A DNA stretch of 44,400 nucleotides from an uncultured Actinomycetota bacterium (GCA_964392345.1 CAYMPQ010000004.1:1-44400), one strand, 5' to 3'; counted from the first letter of the stretch, positions 1 through 9,993 are shown. Numbers and translations are program-made. The notes: generated by a model from the letters alone, not told the origin.

Positions 1-1550
1 ACTGTAAACCCTCTTGGTCTTCCCTTCAAATTAGGATCATGGCTTAAGGAAAGATGTGTTTTTGCCATACATATCGGCAGCTTGTCAAATCCCTGCCTGG
101 TATATAAATCTATCTTCTTTTCAGCTTCAGCAGAATAATTTATGCCATCTGCTCCATAAATTTTATCAGCAATAATTTCAATTTTTTTCTTAATGGGCCA
201 ATCAAGCGGATAAAGGAACTTAAACTGTGAAGGTCTTTCAGCTGCTCTTGCAACTGCCTCAGCAAGCTCCAGCCCGCCTTCTCCACCTTTTAACCAAACA
301 TTGCTTACAACTGCATCTTCTGCACCTGCTGCCTTAGCGCTTTTCTCTATCACCTTTATTTCTTCCTCTGAATCAGTACTAAATTCATTTATAGCCACTA
401 CAACAGGAATGCCGAAGAGCTTCATGTTTTCTATCATCTTTTCCAAATTTTCGCAGCCTTTTTCAACTGCTTCAACGTTAGGTTTGTTCATTAATTCCTT
501 ATCCACGCCCTTTCCGGGAATAAACTCAAATCCTCCTCCGTGCATTTTTAGTGCTCTTACCGTACAAACAATCACTACCGCATTTGGCTTAAGCCCGCTG
601 TATCTGCACTTGATATCCATAAACTTCTCTGCTCCGCAATCTGCACCAAATCCACTTTCAGTAACTACAAAATCCCCTAATTTTATTGCTATCTGGTCTG
701 CCAGAATTGAACTGTTCCCATGGGCAATATTTGCAAAAGGGCCAGTGTGAACAAGACATGGAGTATGCTCAATTGTCTGAAGCAAATTAGGTTTTATAGC
801 ATCTTTTAAAAGTACTGCCATAGCACCTGCGCATTTTAAGTCTTCTGCAGTAACTGCTTTTCCATCATATGTAGAGCCAATTACTATTTTGCCTAATCTT
901 TGTCTTAAATCTTTAAGGCTTGTAGTAAGTGCAAGTATTGCCATTACCTCAGATGCTACCGTAATATCATAACCTGTTTCTCTCGGAACACCATTTAGTG
1001 GTCCTCCCAAACCTACAACTATGTTTCTCAGCGCTCTATCGCTGATATCTACAACTCTATTTAAGGTTATGCTGAATGGATCAATATTAAGATCGTTTCC
1101 TTTCATAATGTGTGTATCCATAAAAGCAGCTAAAAGGTTATGAGCCATGCCGACAGCATGCGTATCACCTGTGAGATGGAGATTAAAATCTTCCATCGGA
1201 AGAACCTGTGAGTATCCGCCTCCAGCAGCGCCTCCCTTTATGCCAAACACTGGTCCAAGTGATGGCTGCCTTATGCATGTCACAGCCTTTTTGCCGATTT
1301 TGTTTAAAGCCATACTAAGTCCTATGGTAGTTACAGTTTTCCCCTCTCCAAGCGGAGTAGGCGTAATAGCAGTAACGTCAACATACTTCCCGTCTGGTCT
1401 GCCTTTAAAATTTTCCAGAACCTCAAGCTTCACTTTTGCCTTGTAATTTCCATACAGCTCCAAATATTCTTCGCTTAAACCTACTTCCTCTGCAATTTCC
1501 CTTATGTGCTTCATGTTTGCGGCTTGAGCTATTTTTATGTCACTATTCAA
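1..1550 (-). CDS. fhs: Formate--tetrahydrofolate ligase (FTHFS), 3' end runs off the window
   Basis: Not in the ORF track. Hand translation of the minus strand from TTG at 1550 (AGGAGG at 1560-1565) gives MNSDIKIAQAA..., TAITPTPLGEGKTVTTIGL, RQPSLGPVFGIKGGAAGGGYSQV, FNLHLTGD, HTGPFANIAHGNSS, VTESGFGADCGAEKF and ICMAKTHLSLSHDP, all FTHFS signatures. Confidence 0.97.
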   Translation of the reverse strand, partial: MNSDIKIAQAANMKHIREIAEEVGLSEEYLELYGNYKAKVKLEVLENFKGRPDGKYVDVTAITPTPLGEGKTVTTIGLSMALNKIGKKAVTCIRQPSLGPVFGIKGGAAGGGYSQVLPMEDFNLHLTGDTHAVGMAHNLLAAFMDTHIMKGNDLNIDPFSITLNRVVDISDRALRNIVVGLGGPLNGVPRETGYDITVASEVMAILALTTSLKDLRQRLGKIVIGSTYDGKAVTAEDLKCAGAMAVLLKDAIKPNLLQTIEHTPCLVHTGPFANIAHGNSSILADQIAIKLGDFVVTESGFGADCGAEKFMDIKCRYSGLKPNAVVIVCTVRALKMHGGGFEFIPGKGVDKELMNKPNVEAVEKGCENLEKMIENMKLFGIPVVVAINEFSTDSEEEIKVIEKSAKAAGAEDAVVSNVWLKGGEGGLELAEAVARAAERPSQFKFLYPLDWPIKKKIEIIADKIYGADGINYSAEAEKKIDLYTRQGFDKLPICMAKTHLSLSHDPNLKGRPRGFT

Positions 1551-1616
1551 TGTAAAACCCCTCCTTTTGTGTTTTGCCATTTTAATTGATTACAAAATCT
1601 AAAAATATATTATGGC

Positions 1617-1645
1617 ATTATATTATAATTACTAACTTGTTACAA
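1617..1645 (-). promoter_or_regulatory. Sigma70-type promoter for fhs
   Basis: Minus strand TTGTAA (1645-1640), 17-nt spacer, TATAAT (1622-1617), about 65 nt upstream of the fhs start. Confidence 0.55.
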
Positions 1646-1671
1646 TATCTATTAGAATTTTTTATTTAGAT

Positions 1672-1827
1672 GATTTTCCGTGAAATTCCTTAAGGTTTTA
1701 TGGAAAATCCAGGACAGTGGCAGAATCCGGCAGGACTTTGTTTATGCCAGAGATTTCTGCCTTAGCTTGGCAAGGTTTTACAATTGGCAGATCAATACCT
1801 TATGCTTCCACACACTTATGTTCTGCC
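1672..1827. repeat. Cluster of three imperfect hairpins, two closed by GGCAGA...TCTGCC
   Basis: GATTTTCC...GGAAAATC (1672-1709); GGCAGAA...TTCTGCC (1719-1761); GGCAGA...TCTGCC (1786-1827). AAGGTTTTA is repeated at 1692 and 1772. Confidence 0.55.
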
Positions 1828-1919
1828 TACACGTAAGATAAACCAGGTAGTGTATGAGTAATAATATATCTATAATATACCTGCATCAATATATGCACGC
1901 AACAGCTTTTGCTTCAATG

Positions 1920-2453
1920 TTATTTTTCAGCAACAGTAAGGATTAAAGCAGTAGCCTCATCTTCGGATTCCATTATGATAACACTTACCTCATATTTATC
2001 ATTGCTTGCGACAAAACTGAAAGACTTGCCTTCGTCTCCCATATCAGCAGAGAATTCATTTTCTACATTCCAGCCGCTTAATTTATCTTTATACCAGTTA
2101 AATAAATCTTCCCCTGATCCATTGTATGTTCCACTAACCGAAAAATTTGCCTTTTCATCACTTGTATCCTTAAATGAAGTTGCTATCTGCAAATCAGAGT
2201 GAACCGGCACTTCGCCAGGAAACCCATCCGGAAGTTCCGCTTCTTTCCCAATAGTAACTTCGCCCTCATCAGTTTTAATTGTCACTTTATCTTCGCTGTA
2301 ATCAACCTCTACATCTTCACCTTCACGCTCAGCTGCCTTCTCCACTGCTTCCTCTACAACTTTTTCAGCAATCTTCTGGCTGGCAGACCTGCAGCCACTA
2401 ACAGAAAATAGCACCATAAGCAAAATAAAAATCAGCGCAATTACTTTTTTCAT
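1920..2453 (-). CDS. Acidic lipoprotein of unknown function
   Basis: 177 aa with MKK, a hydrophobic stretch and lipobox VSG-C at residue 21; D/E-rich mature part; AAAGGGG SD upstream. Confidence 0.8.
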   Translation of the reverse strand: MKKVIALIFILLMVLFSVSGCRSASQKIAEKVVEEAVEKAAEREGEDVEVDYSEDKVTIKTDEGEVTIGKEAELPDGFPGEVPVHSDLQIATSFKDTSDEKANFSVSGTYNGSGEDLFNWYKDKLSGWNVENEFSADMGDEGKSFSFVASNDKYEVSVIIMESEDEATALILTVAEK

Positions 2454-2604
2454 TTAAAATCCCCTTTCCACTGTCATTATTTTTTATTTATATTATATGA
2501 CTTTCTCCCTGTACGCACCTGCCAGTTAAAAAACAGCAACTTTGTCAAAAATAAGGCAAGTGCTGTAGAAAATAATAGCATAATATAGAATATATTTAAA
2601 AAAA

Positions 2605-4416
2605 CTATTTTCTGGTATCCAGCCTGTAAAAACTTGCAAATACTTCACTTGGGATCTCGACTTTCCCAATTTTTTTCATTCTTTTCTTTCCTTTTTTTTG
2701 TTTTTCTAAAAGCTTCCTCTTTCTTGTAACATCGCCCCCATAAAGTTTGGCAATAACATCCTTTCTAAATGCAGCCACACTCTCTCTTGCAATTACTTTC
2801 TTCCCGATAGAAGCCTGCACGGCAACTTCAAAAAGGTGCCTTGGTATTTGTTTTCTCAATTCCTTTACAAGTTCTCTTCCAAGATAATAAGCTCTGTCCC
2901 TATGAGTAATAACTGACATCTCTTCTACTTTTTCTCCTGCCACCAATATATCCAGTTTTACTAAATCTGAAGGTCTGTATTCCGAAAATTCATAATCCAG
3001 AGAAGCAAACCCTGAAGTAACAGATTTTAAAAGATTAAAAAAATCTACAATTATTTCAGAAAGAGGCATCTTATATTTTATTTCCACCCTATCAGTTGAA
3101 ATATACTGCATATCTACAAAATTACCTCTTTTCTGATCTGCAAGTTTCATAACTTCTCCAATATAATTTTTAGGAGTAATAACAGTAGCTGCCACATAAG
3201 GTTCCTCAATTTTTAAAATTCTTTCCTGTGAGGGGAAATCATTGGGTCTTTTAACTTCTATCACGCTTCCATCACTCTTTGTAACTTTATATGCAACATT
3301 GGGTGCAGTGGTCACCAGTCTCAGGTCATATTCCCTTTCAAGCCTTTCCTTTACTATCTCCATATGCAGCAAGCCTAAGAAACCACATCTAAACCCAAAC
3401 CCGAGCGCGGATGACACTTCTGGCGTAAAATTAAGTGATGAGTCACTTAGCAAAAGCTTGCCCAGCGCATCTCTTAAATTCTCATAATCTCCCCCTTCAA
3501 TCGGAAACAGTCCGCAGTAAACCATAGATTTGGGCTTACTGTAGCCCGGGAGGCTTTTTGTGGCTGGGTTTTCATAAGAAGTTACCGTATCTCCGACTGT
3601 GATATGGCTTGTTTCCTTAATACCGGTAATCATGTATCCTACTTCTCCAACGGCTAACTTTTCCTTTTTTATTTTCTTCGTGGCAAGTATCCCAACTTCT
3701 TCAACATATGTAACTACATTTTCAGCAATAAATTTAATTTTCATACCTTTATTTATGTAACCATTTACTACTCTTATCAGGACCACAACACCTCTGTAGG
3801 GATCATATTGTGAGTCAAAAATCAAAGCCTGGAGAGGACCTTTAAGATCACCTTTTGGCGGAGGGATCTCGGTAACTATCCTGTCAAGTATTTCATTTAC
3901 GCCTTGTCCGGTTTTTGCGCTAATTTGCAGGATACTGTCTTTTTCAATTGCAAGTATCTTGCTTATCTCTTCGCTTACTTCATCCGGTCTTGCACTCTTT
4001 AAATCTATTTTATTTATAACCGGAATAATTTTTAATTTATTGTCAAGCGCCAGGTAGACATTCGCAAGCGTCTGCGCCTGTATGCCCTGAGTGGCATCAA
4101 CAACTAAAACTGCGCCTTCGCATGCAGCAAGACTCCTTGAAACCTCATAACTAAAATCAACATGGCCGGGGGTATCTATCAGGTTGAAAATATATTTATT
4201 TCCATCAATTCTGCAGTTATGTATCACCCTTACAGCATGTGATTTAATAGTTATCCCACGCTCTCTCTCAAGATCCATGTCATCAAGATACTGGTCAAGC
4301 ATCTCCCTTGGATTCACAGTTTGAGTCAATTCCAGTATCCTGTCTGCAAGCGTGGATTTCCCATGATCTATGTGAGCAATTATAGAAAAATTTCTAATTA
4401 ATTTATTTTCAATCAT
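2605..4416 (-). CDS. lepA: Translation elongation factor 4 (LepA)
   Basis: IRNFSIIAHIDHGKSTLADR, DTPGHVDF, NKID, GFRCGFLGLLHMEI and C-terminal YGGDVTRKRKLLEKQK; 603 aa. Confidence 0.98.
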   Translation of the reverse strand: MIENKLIRNFSIIAHIDHGKSTLADRILELTQTVNPREMLDQYLDDMDLERERGITIKSHAVRVIHNCRIDGNKYIFNLIDTPGHVDFSYEVSRSLAACEGAVLVVDATQGIQAQTLANVYLALDNKLKIIPVINKIDLKSARPDEVSEEISKILAIEKDSILQISAKTGQGVNEILDRIVTEIPPPKGDLKGPLQALIFDSQYDPYRGVVVLIRVVNGYINKGMKIKFIAENVVTYVEEVGILATKKIKKEKLAVGEVGYMITGIKETSHITVGDTVTSYENPATKSLPGYSKPKSMVYCGLFPIEGGDYENLRDALGKLLLSDSSLNFTPEVSSALGFGFRCGFLGLLHMEIVKERLEREYDLRLVTTAPNVAYKVTKSDGSVIEVKRPNDFPSQERILKIEEPYVAATVITPKNYIGEVMKLADQKRGNFVDMQYISTDRVEIKYKMPLSEIIVDFFNLLKSVTSGFASLDYEFSEYRPSDLVKLDILVAGEKVEEMSVITHRDRAYYLGRELVKELRKQIPRHLFEVAVQASIGKKVIARESVAAFRKDVIAKLYGGDVTRKRKLLEKQKKGKKRMKKIGKVEIPSEVFASFYRLDTRK

Positions 4417-4470
4417 AAGCCTTGATTAATTTAATAATAATTTTATTACTACCAATAATTATTCTTTACC

Positions 4471-6048
4471 TTACATGAATTTTTTCCTTAAATTCTTAAG
4501 CAGGTCAGCCACAAATTTTATCTCTTCCATTCTAAACCAAACGGTGCATAAAATATAGATGCCTGCTCCAAGTATAATTACGGTAAGCAGTGAGAAAATA
4601 AGCGCTGGTAAGCTTTGGTAAGCAAAGCATGAAATCCAGCTCCACAAAAAATACACAACAGTGCCCATTACGGCAGATGCCAGGAAAATTTTACTGTAAG
4701 ATTTAATTATTCTTTTTCCTCCCAGGCTACCCACTTTTTTTCTTAAGATAGTAATAAGAATAAATACATTGCATATTGCAACAAGAGACGTGGACAGCGC
4801 AAGCCCTCCAACATCCATAAATCTTATTAGAATCCAATCTAAAACAAAATTTACTACAATAGAAATAAGTGCTACTTTTAGTGGTGTTTTTACATTTTTA
4901 AAAGCATAAAAAACCCTGTTTAAAATCATAAGTAAGCCAAAAGACAAAAGGCCAAGCGAATGGAACACTAAAATATATGCTACTTTTTCTGTATCAGAAG
5001 GGCCAAACATATAATGTTCGAATAAAACTTTAATTATGGGATAACTTAAAATTACAAGCCCAATAGTTGAGGGCACCATAACATATCCAATTTCCCTTAC
5101 CCCCAGTGAAAAACTTTTTTTCATGCCCCCTACATCATTTCCAGCTGCCTGCCTTGAAATTAAAGGATAAAGCACAGTTATGATTGCTACCGAGAATACC
5201 CCGAGCGGCAAATTGGCAACCCTCCATGAAAGAGTAAGAGCAGTTGTATTTCCTCCACCTAAATTTAAAGCAAAAAAATTATCAACACTGTTATTAAGCT
5301 GAACTGCTCCAAGACTGAGCAGTATTGGAAACATTAATGAAAATATCTCTTTTACAGCCTTATGTTTTAGATCTATTTTAAATTTATATTTTATACCACA
5401 AGCTCTAAACTGCGGAATCTGTATTGATAGATGGAACACAGAACCTGCAATAACCCCAACAGCCATACTTGCAATTCCAAGTTTAGAATAAAATAGCAGA
5501 ACAAAAACAATTGTAACAATATTCATAACAAAAGGTGCGATGGAGGGAACAGTAAAAATATTGTGGGAATTTAAAACTCCTGTGACTAAACCTGAGAGGC
5601 TAAGGGTAATTAGAGAAAATATCATAATCCTGTTCATAAATGTAAATTTAGCTACATCTAGCTGGTAATTTGCTACTTTTGAAAGCAAAACCCCAATTTC
5701 AGGAGAAAAGATAAATATAGCCACGGAAATAATAAAAAAAGCTGCTGCAAATATATTTATAACTGAATTTACGAATACTTTAAGTTCATCTTTTTCATTC
5801 CTCTTCAGATATGAAGAGTAAATGGGAATAAAAGCAGCAACAATCAATGATTCCGCAAATAATACTCTGAAAAGGTTGGGGATAAAATATGCCCACGTGA
5901 AAGCATCTGTTTCGTAGCTGATCCCAAAATAACCAGCCATTATCTGATCCCTTGCCAGCCCTGATATTTTTGACAGCAGTATGGCAACAATTACCAGCAC
6001 GGTAGCGCTAAAAATATTTTTTCTCAAAATTAAGCGGTCTTTTTCCAT
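4471..6048 (-). CDS. murJ: Lipid II flippase MurJ (MviN)
   Basis: 525 aa multi-TM protein; SKISGLARDQIMAGYFG, DAFTWAYFIPNLFRVLFAE, LPLGVF and FYAFKNVKTP motifs. Confidence 0.93.
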   Translation of the reverse strand: MEKDRLILRKNIFSATVLVIVAILLSKISGLARDQIMAGYFGISYETDAFTWAYFIPNLFRVLFAESLIVAAFIPIYSSYLKRNEKDELKVFVNSVINIFAAAFFIISVAIFIFSPEIGVLLSKVANYQLDVAKFTFMNRIMIFSLITLSLSGLVTGVLNSHNIFTVPSIAPFVMNIVTIVFVLLFYSKLGIASMAVGVIAGSVFHLSIQIPQFRACGIKYKFKIDLKHKAVKEIFSLMFPILLSLGAVQLNNSVDNFFALNLGGGNTTALTLSWRVANLPLGVFSVAIITVLYPLISRQAAGNDVGGMKKSFSLGVREIGYVMVPSTIGLVILSYPIIKVLFEHYMFGPSDTEKVAYILVFHSLGLLSFGLLMILNRVFYAFKNVKTPLKVALISIVVNFVLDWILIRFMDVGGLALSTSLVAICNVFILITILRKKVGSLGGKRIIKSYSKIFLASAVMGTVVYFLWSWISCFAYQSLPALIFSLLTVIILGAGIYILCTVWFRMEEIKFVADLLKNLRKKFM

Positions 6049-6218
6049 AACTTATTTATTTTTGTTTTAATTTTACTTTAATTTATATTTTTAATATACA
6101 CCAAAAAGCATACCCCAAAATCTAAGTTTGCATAATTATAATAAATATTTTTATTTTTTAAAAAAAATGATAGAATTAGCCCTTGTTAAAAAATCTTAAC
6201 TTGGAGGATAATAAATTT

Positions 6219-6491
6219 ATGCCAAATATTAAGTCACAGAAAAAAAGGGACAGACAAAATAAAAAAAGAGAATTAAAAAATAAAATAGCAAAAAGCAAGA
6301 TCAAAACAGAAACTAAAAAATTCATCCAGTCTGTAGAAAAAAGCAATAATATAGAAGAAGCTGAGAAAAATTTAAGCACACTTTTTAATGTATTAGACAG
6401 TGCAGCAAAGAAAAGCGCAGTTCATAAAAATTTTGCTGCCAATAAAAAATCAAAAGCCGCAAAATTTCTTAACTCAGTAAAATCCAAATAA
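6219..6491 (+). CDS. rpsT: 30S ribosomal protein S20
   Basis: MPNIKSQKKRDRQ...LDSAAKKSAVHKNFAANKKS; ATG at 6219 follows GGAGG; convergent with holA, the usual context. Confidence 0.96.
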   Translation: MPNIKSQKKRDRQNKKRELKNKIAKSKIKTETKKFIQSVEKSNNIEEAEKNLSTLFNVLDSAAKKSAVHKNFAANKKSKAAKFLNSVKSK

Positions 6492-6508
6492 AGTTTTATT
6501 AAATTAAC

Positions 6509-7612
6509 TCAAGAAGATATATTTACATTAATTATTTCTAAGATTAGTTTTTGCGTTAACTTTTTATCTTCTATTTCACCTTTTCTAAAATTAATGTCAT
6601 ATGTATTCAGAATTTCAAAGACTTTTATTATTTCTGCTTCTGAATAATTCCTGCTATATCCTGCGTACTTGTCCACAATTTTTCTTACAAAATAAGTTGG
6701 CGCATTTATTTTATTTCCTGTATAGCTTCTGGCGAGCTCAATTCCGCCATCTGATTTAATATACAAAAAACACTTAAACATCCTGTGTATCAATTTTACT
6801 ATTCCTATTAAATTTTCATTCTTATCTGAAATAGCTTTTAATGCTTTTAGGGCATTGCCCCTGCTCCTGCTGCCAAGGTAATCAACAAGATCAAAAATAT
6901 TGGATGGATTAATACTGTTTACAAGCGATTTTACTATCTTTTCATCAATAATTTTTTCCTTTTCAGAAATTATGTATGTACAAAGTTTTTCATACTCTGC
7001 TTTAAGCAAGCTGGATTCAAAGTTTACACTTTCCGTTAAAACAGTAATTGCCCTATCAGTAAATTTAATGCCGTCTAATTCCGATTTTTCCCTTACCCAT
7101 TTTCTAAGATCATCACTTAAAGGTGGCTTAAGTTTTTTAATCTGGCCAACTTTTTTCACAGCATCAATAAATTTGGAATTAAGCTTATCCTTTGAAGCTG
7201 TAATAATAAAAACAATGCCGGTATCTTTACTGTTTGCCGATAAGAGAAGACCGGTCAGCATCTTTAGTAAACGCGAAGTCAGGTGATCTATATTTTTAAT
7301 TACTACAATTTTTTTAGTTGAGAAGAAAGAAGGCATGCTTACAAAATTATTAAAATCCTCTTCATTGATTTCATCCAGCGCATCAAAACTTCTAAAGTCA
7401 GCGTCAAAGTTAATTTTACCTTTTAAAAACTTCTTTACGCTTCCAATTATGTCATTTAAGGCAGCGCTGCTTTTGCTGATATATAAATAGCAGGGTTCCA
7501 AACTGTCTAAATTTAAATTTTTTTTGGTTTTGCCGACTTTACTCATACTATTACTGATTTTAACATTTATGCACTTTTCATCCAATAATTGCTTTTTCTT
7601 TTTTTTGGTCAT
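6509..7612 (-). CDS. holA: DNA polymerase III delta subunit
   Basis: SMPSFFSTKKIVVIKN, EYEKLCTY and NIFDLVD motifs; conserved comEA-comEC-holA-rpsT order. The start may be the ATG at 7546. Confidence 0.88.
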   Translation of the reverse strand: MTKKKKKQLLDEKCINVKISNSMSKVGKTKKNLNLDSLEPCYLYISKSSAALNDIIGSVKKFLKGKINFDADFRSFDALDEINEEDFNNFVSMPSFFSTKKIVVIKNIDHLTSRLLKMLTGLLLSANSKDTGIVFIITASKDKLNSKFIDAVKKVGQIKKLKPPLSDDLRKWVREKSELDGIKFTDRAITVLTESVNFESSLLKAEYEKLCTYIISEKEKIIDEKIVKSLVNSINPSNIFDLVDYLGSRSRGNALKALKAISDKNENLIGIVKLIHRMFKCFLYIKSDGGIELARSYTGNKINAPTYFVRKIVDKYAGYSRNYSEAEIIKVFEILNTYDINFRKGEIEDKKLTQKLILEIINVNISS

Positions 7613-9197
7613 ATGAATTTGACCTGCTTAGATATTTTTTTAGCACACACAATGCCGCCAGTAACACGGCGTAATATATTATTACATACTTCATGTGAAA
7701 ATGGCCAAGACTAAGGAAACTAAAATCCAGTTTTCCAAGGAAAGCAGTTACCCGCAGGATATAATTTATAAATATTGAAGCTGGCTTTAAAATAAAAGCA
7801 CCCAATGGCATCCATATCATGCTAAATACTGAAGATACAAACAATAGCAGCAGTGCTGCATAAAATGCAGGTATTATTATAAGATTGGCCGCTACCGCTA
7901 CTGTTGATACGCCGCCAAAAAAATAGCTTACAGTTGGCGTTAACACTGCCTGCACAGAAATAGTTAAAACAACCATTCTTGCTACATAACTTTCCTTTAT
8001 TTTAAATTTTGGAAATATTTTACTTAAAAATTTTAGCAATACCGGGCTTACAAAAATTATTGCTGCCATAGAACTGAAAGACAGCCAGAATCCTAAATCA
8101 TAAAAAAAAGAAGGATTTGATAAAATCATCGCAATATATGTAAAATATAAAACTATTCTCTGGCTATATTCCCTGCCCCACATACCTGCAAGGATTACAA
8201 AAACAAACATAATGGTGGCTCTCTGCATGCTTGCTTTCTCTCCAACCAAAAAATTATAAATCAGCAGGAATATAAATATCAGCCAGAACGAAAAAGTAAA
8301 AAAATTAATTTTTCTAAAAATCCAATTAATAAAATATAATAGAATAGAAATATGCAGTCCTGAAATAGCCAGAAGGTGAAATACCCCGCTTTTTTTAAAA
8401 TTTTCCAGCACGTAGCCGGGAACGTCGCTCTTATTTCCCAAAACAAGCGCCTCTGCAATAGATGCACTTTCATAATTAAGGCTTCTAAAATAAACATTTT
8501 CCAAATACTTATACACTCTGCCTCTAAGTCTGAATATTGTATAAACAAAGTTATCAGGCATAATTTTTTCAACATTACTTACTTCTGATACAAAAATAAG
8601 CTTGTCTGAATTTTTTAAATAAGTATCTTTGCTGAGGTTTATGTAACCATCCACTCTGATGTAATCATCCCTTAAAAGGAACCCGGGATCACAATTTTTT
8701 ATTTTTACCTTAATGTGGCCATCCGCTTTAAAGGTTGTGCTTGTATCCTTGTCTCCTCTTACAATCAGGGCCCTGTCAGCTTCAAGCAGAAAATATAAAT
8801 TTCCATAGCTGTATTTTGGATAGCTGGCAACTCTTCCATCTAAAATTATATTTTGCCTGCTGCTGCCTTTATGTTTTTCTATTAAATAAAATATATTTTT
8901 GCTTTCCCTGTAATTGTACGCACTAAAGTTTACACACCCTATAAGTAAAAAGGCAAAAAACGAAACAACTATAATAACTGCAGTCAAAATTTTTCTATTA
9001 TCATAATTAAGGCTATCTTCTGCACTTTTATGTAAAAACTTCTTTACTGTAAAAAACCCTGATACTGACATTAAAATTATAGTAAAAAGTGCATAAAAGA
9101 CATTTAAATAAATACCAGCAGGATATTTGCTGCCAATATAAGAGCCTGCAGTCAATCCAACGGCCCACAATAAATAATAATATTTTATACTAAACAC
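7578..9197 (-). CDS. comEC: ComEC/Rec2 competence membrane channel, without C-terminal metallo-beta-lactamase domain
   Basis: ALVLG, SGVFHLLAISGLHIS, SMQRATIM, GFWLSF and ANLIIIP motifs, preceded by an OB-fold-like region. Confidence 0.93.
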   Translation of the reverse strand: MFSIKYYYLLWAVGLTAGSYIGSKYPAGIYLNVFYALFTIILMSVSGFFTVKKFLHKSAEDSLNYDNRKILTAVIIVVSFFAFLLIGCVNFSAYNYRESKNIFYLIEKHKGSSRQNIILDGRVASYPKYSYGNLYFLLEADRALIVRGDKDTSTTFKADGHIKVKIKNCDPGFLLRDDYIRVDGYINLSKDTYLKNSDKLIFVSEVSNVEKIMPDNFVYTIFRLRGRVYKYLENVYFRSLNYESASIAEALVLGNKSDVPGYVLENFKKSGVFHLLAISGLHISILLYFINWIFRKINFFTFSFWLIFIFLLIYNFLVGEKASMQRATIMFVFVILAGMWGREYSQRIVLYFTYIAMILSNPSFFYDLGFWLSFSSMAAIIFVSPVLLKFLSKIFPKFKIKESYVARMVVLTISVQAVLTPTVSYFFGGVSTVAVAANLIIIPAFYAALLLLFVSSVFSMIWMPLGAFILKPASIFINYILRVTAFLGKLDFSFLSLGHFHMKYVIIYYAVLLAALCVLKKYLSRSNSYDQKKEKAIIG

Positions 9198-9993
9198 GTA
9201 TCAGCTCTTTAATTTTTTCATACTTTTTTTCTCCTATGCCGCTTACTTTCTTTAAATCCTCTTTATTTTTAAAAAGACCGCATTTAGTTCTGTAGTCAAT
9301 TATGCTCTGGGCAGTTATAGGGCCGATTCCCGGTAAAGATTCCAATTCCCTTTTACCGGCATAATTTATATTTACAATTCTGTTGGCCACAAATATGCTA
9401 TCTGCATCGCCATTGTAATAATTATCACTTGATAAAAATGAACCGCTGTTTTCCCCAACTTCTTCCCTGGATGGGATATATATTCTCTGGCCATCAAACA
9501 CTTCTCCTGCTAAATTTATTATTTCCAGACAGGCTTCTCCTGAAGCTCCGCCGGCAAGGTCTATGACATCTATGATTCTTAACCCTTCTTCTACCTCATA
9601 TACGCTGGGGTTTAATACCTGTCCGCATATATAAACTTTTATGGCAGCATTATTGTTTTTTAAATTTTCAACTTTATCATTGTCAAAATTTACTTTCTCA
9701 TCTGCAAAATTTACTATTCCATCGTCATTGCCATCACTGTTGTTATAGTATGTGTCCAGACTAAATTTTTCATATATACCACTGCTTTCAGAATTTGAGT
9801 AATAACTCTCAAGGATATTTTCTTTCCTCTTTATATCCGTTCTCTGGTTGATAAAGACTATAGAGAATATTGCTGCCATAAAGACAAGCAGTCCAAAAAC
9901 TATCTGGTAGAAATGTTTTTCCCTGCTGTATTTAACTCTATCTGCCATGCATCTAATTTTATTAATTTTTTCCTTAATATTTAATAAGTCCAT
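9190..9993 (-). CDS. comEA: ComEA DNA uptake receptor (TM, SLBB, HhH)
   Basis: VYICGQVLNPSVY...INLAGEVFDGQRIYIP (SLBB) and VNINYA...LESLPGIGPITAQSII...VSGIGEKK (HhH). Confidence 0.95.
   Translation of the reverse strand: MDLLNIKEKINKIRCMADRVKYSREKHFYQIVFGLLVFMAAIFSIVFINQRTDIKRKENILESYYSNSESSGIYEKFSLDTYYNNSDGNDDGIVNFADEKVNFDNDKVENLKNNNAAIKVYICGQVLNPSVYEVEEGLRIIDVIDLAGGASGEACLEIINLAGEVFDGQRIYIPSREEVGENSGSFLSSDNYYNGDADSIFVANRIVNINYAGKRELESLPGIGPITAQSIIDYRTKCGLFKNKEDLKKVSGIGEKKYEKIKELIRV

Noticed and set aside
301-1446. Plus-strand ORFs 301-750 and 1147-1446
   Set aside because: Antisense shadows of fhs, which the ORF track missed because it runs off the window edge.
1581-1919. THF or ZMP/ZTP riboswitch upstream of fhs
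   Set aside because: No recognisable core motifs on the minus strand, and the best promoter leaves only about 60 nt of AT-rich leader.
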